DNA from: Octopus bimaculoides
Lineage: Eukaryota
Direction: 5' to 3'
Assembly (NCBI RefSeq): GCF_001194135.2
Contig: NC_068987.1
Span: forward strand, 49,719,116-49,783,115
DNA: 64,000 nt
The notes below the pieces were generated by a model. It was not told the origin of the DNA and ran no database searches. It saw only the letters and a program-made list of their open reading frames with translations. Each line of letters starts with the position of its first letter. Position 1 is the stretch's first letter. This document shows, in pieces, positions 63,917 through 64,000 of the stretch. Both the position numbers and the translations under genes were made by a program.

Positions 63917-64000
63917 TTTCTTTCAACACATGTATCCACATCAAGAATCTTGCACACGAAATACACATACAAAATATTATTATTATTATTATTATTATAA

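Overview
AT-rich, repeat-dense animal genomic DNA with N-gaps. The SINE/RTE repertoire and long introns fit an octopus/coleoid cephalopod scaffold (inference). Four protein-coding genes are supported. (1) Complete 8-exon RPL3 on the minus strand (2590-7363), with a TATA + TCT/5'TOP promoter. (2) Complete 4-exon NDUFB10 on the plus strand (7812-15969), head-to-head with RPL3. (3) A class A GPCR with an intronless CDS on the minus strand (21300-22301). (4) The first two coding exons of vitamin K-dependent gamma-glutamyl carboxylase GGCX on the plus strand (56705-60122, continuing beyond the window). The rest is mostly tRNA-derived SINEs, RTE, CR1, R4/Dong and Penelope-like relics, mariner/Tigger/hAT/Helitron pieces, MITEs and microsatellites. 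The best leads are non-coding: a 243-bp near-perfect palindrome in a GGCX intron carrying a minimal hammerhead ribozyme motif on each strand; a hairpin-sequestered alternative 3' splice site in RPL3 intron 3 predicted to give an NMD isoform; and a well-formed H/ACA snoRNA in the last RPL3 intron. All calls were made by eye, without database searches.
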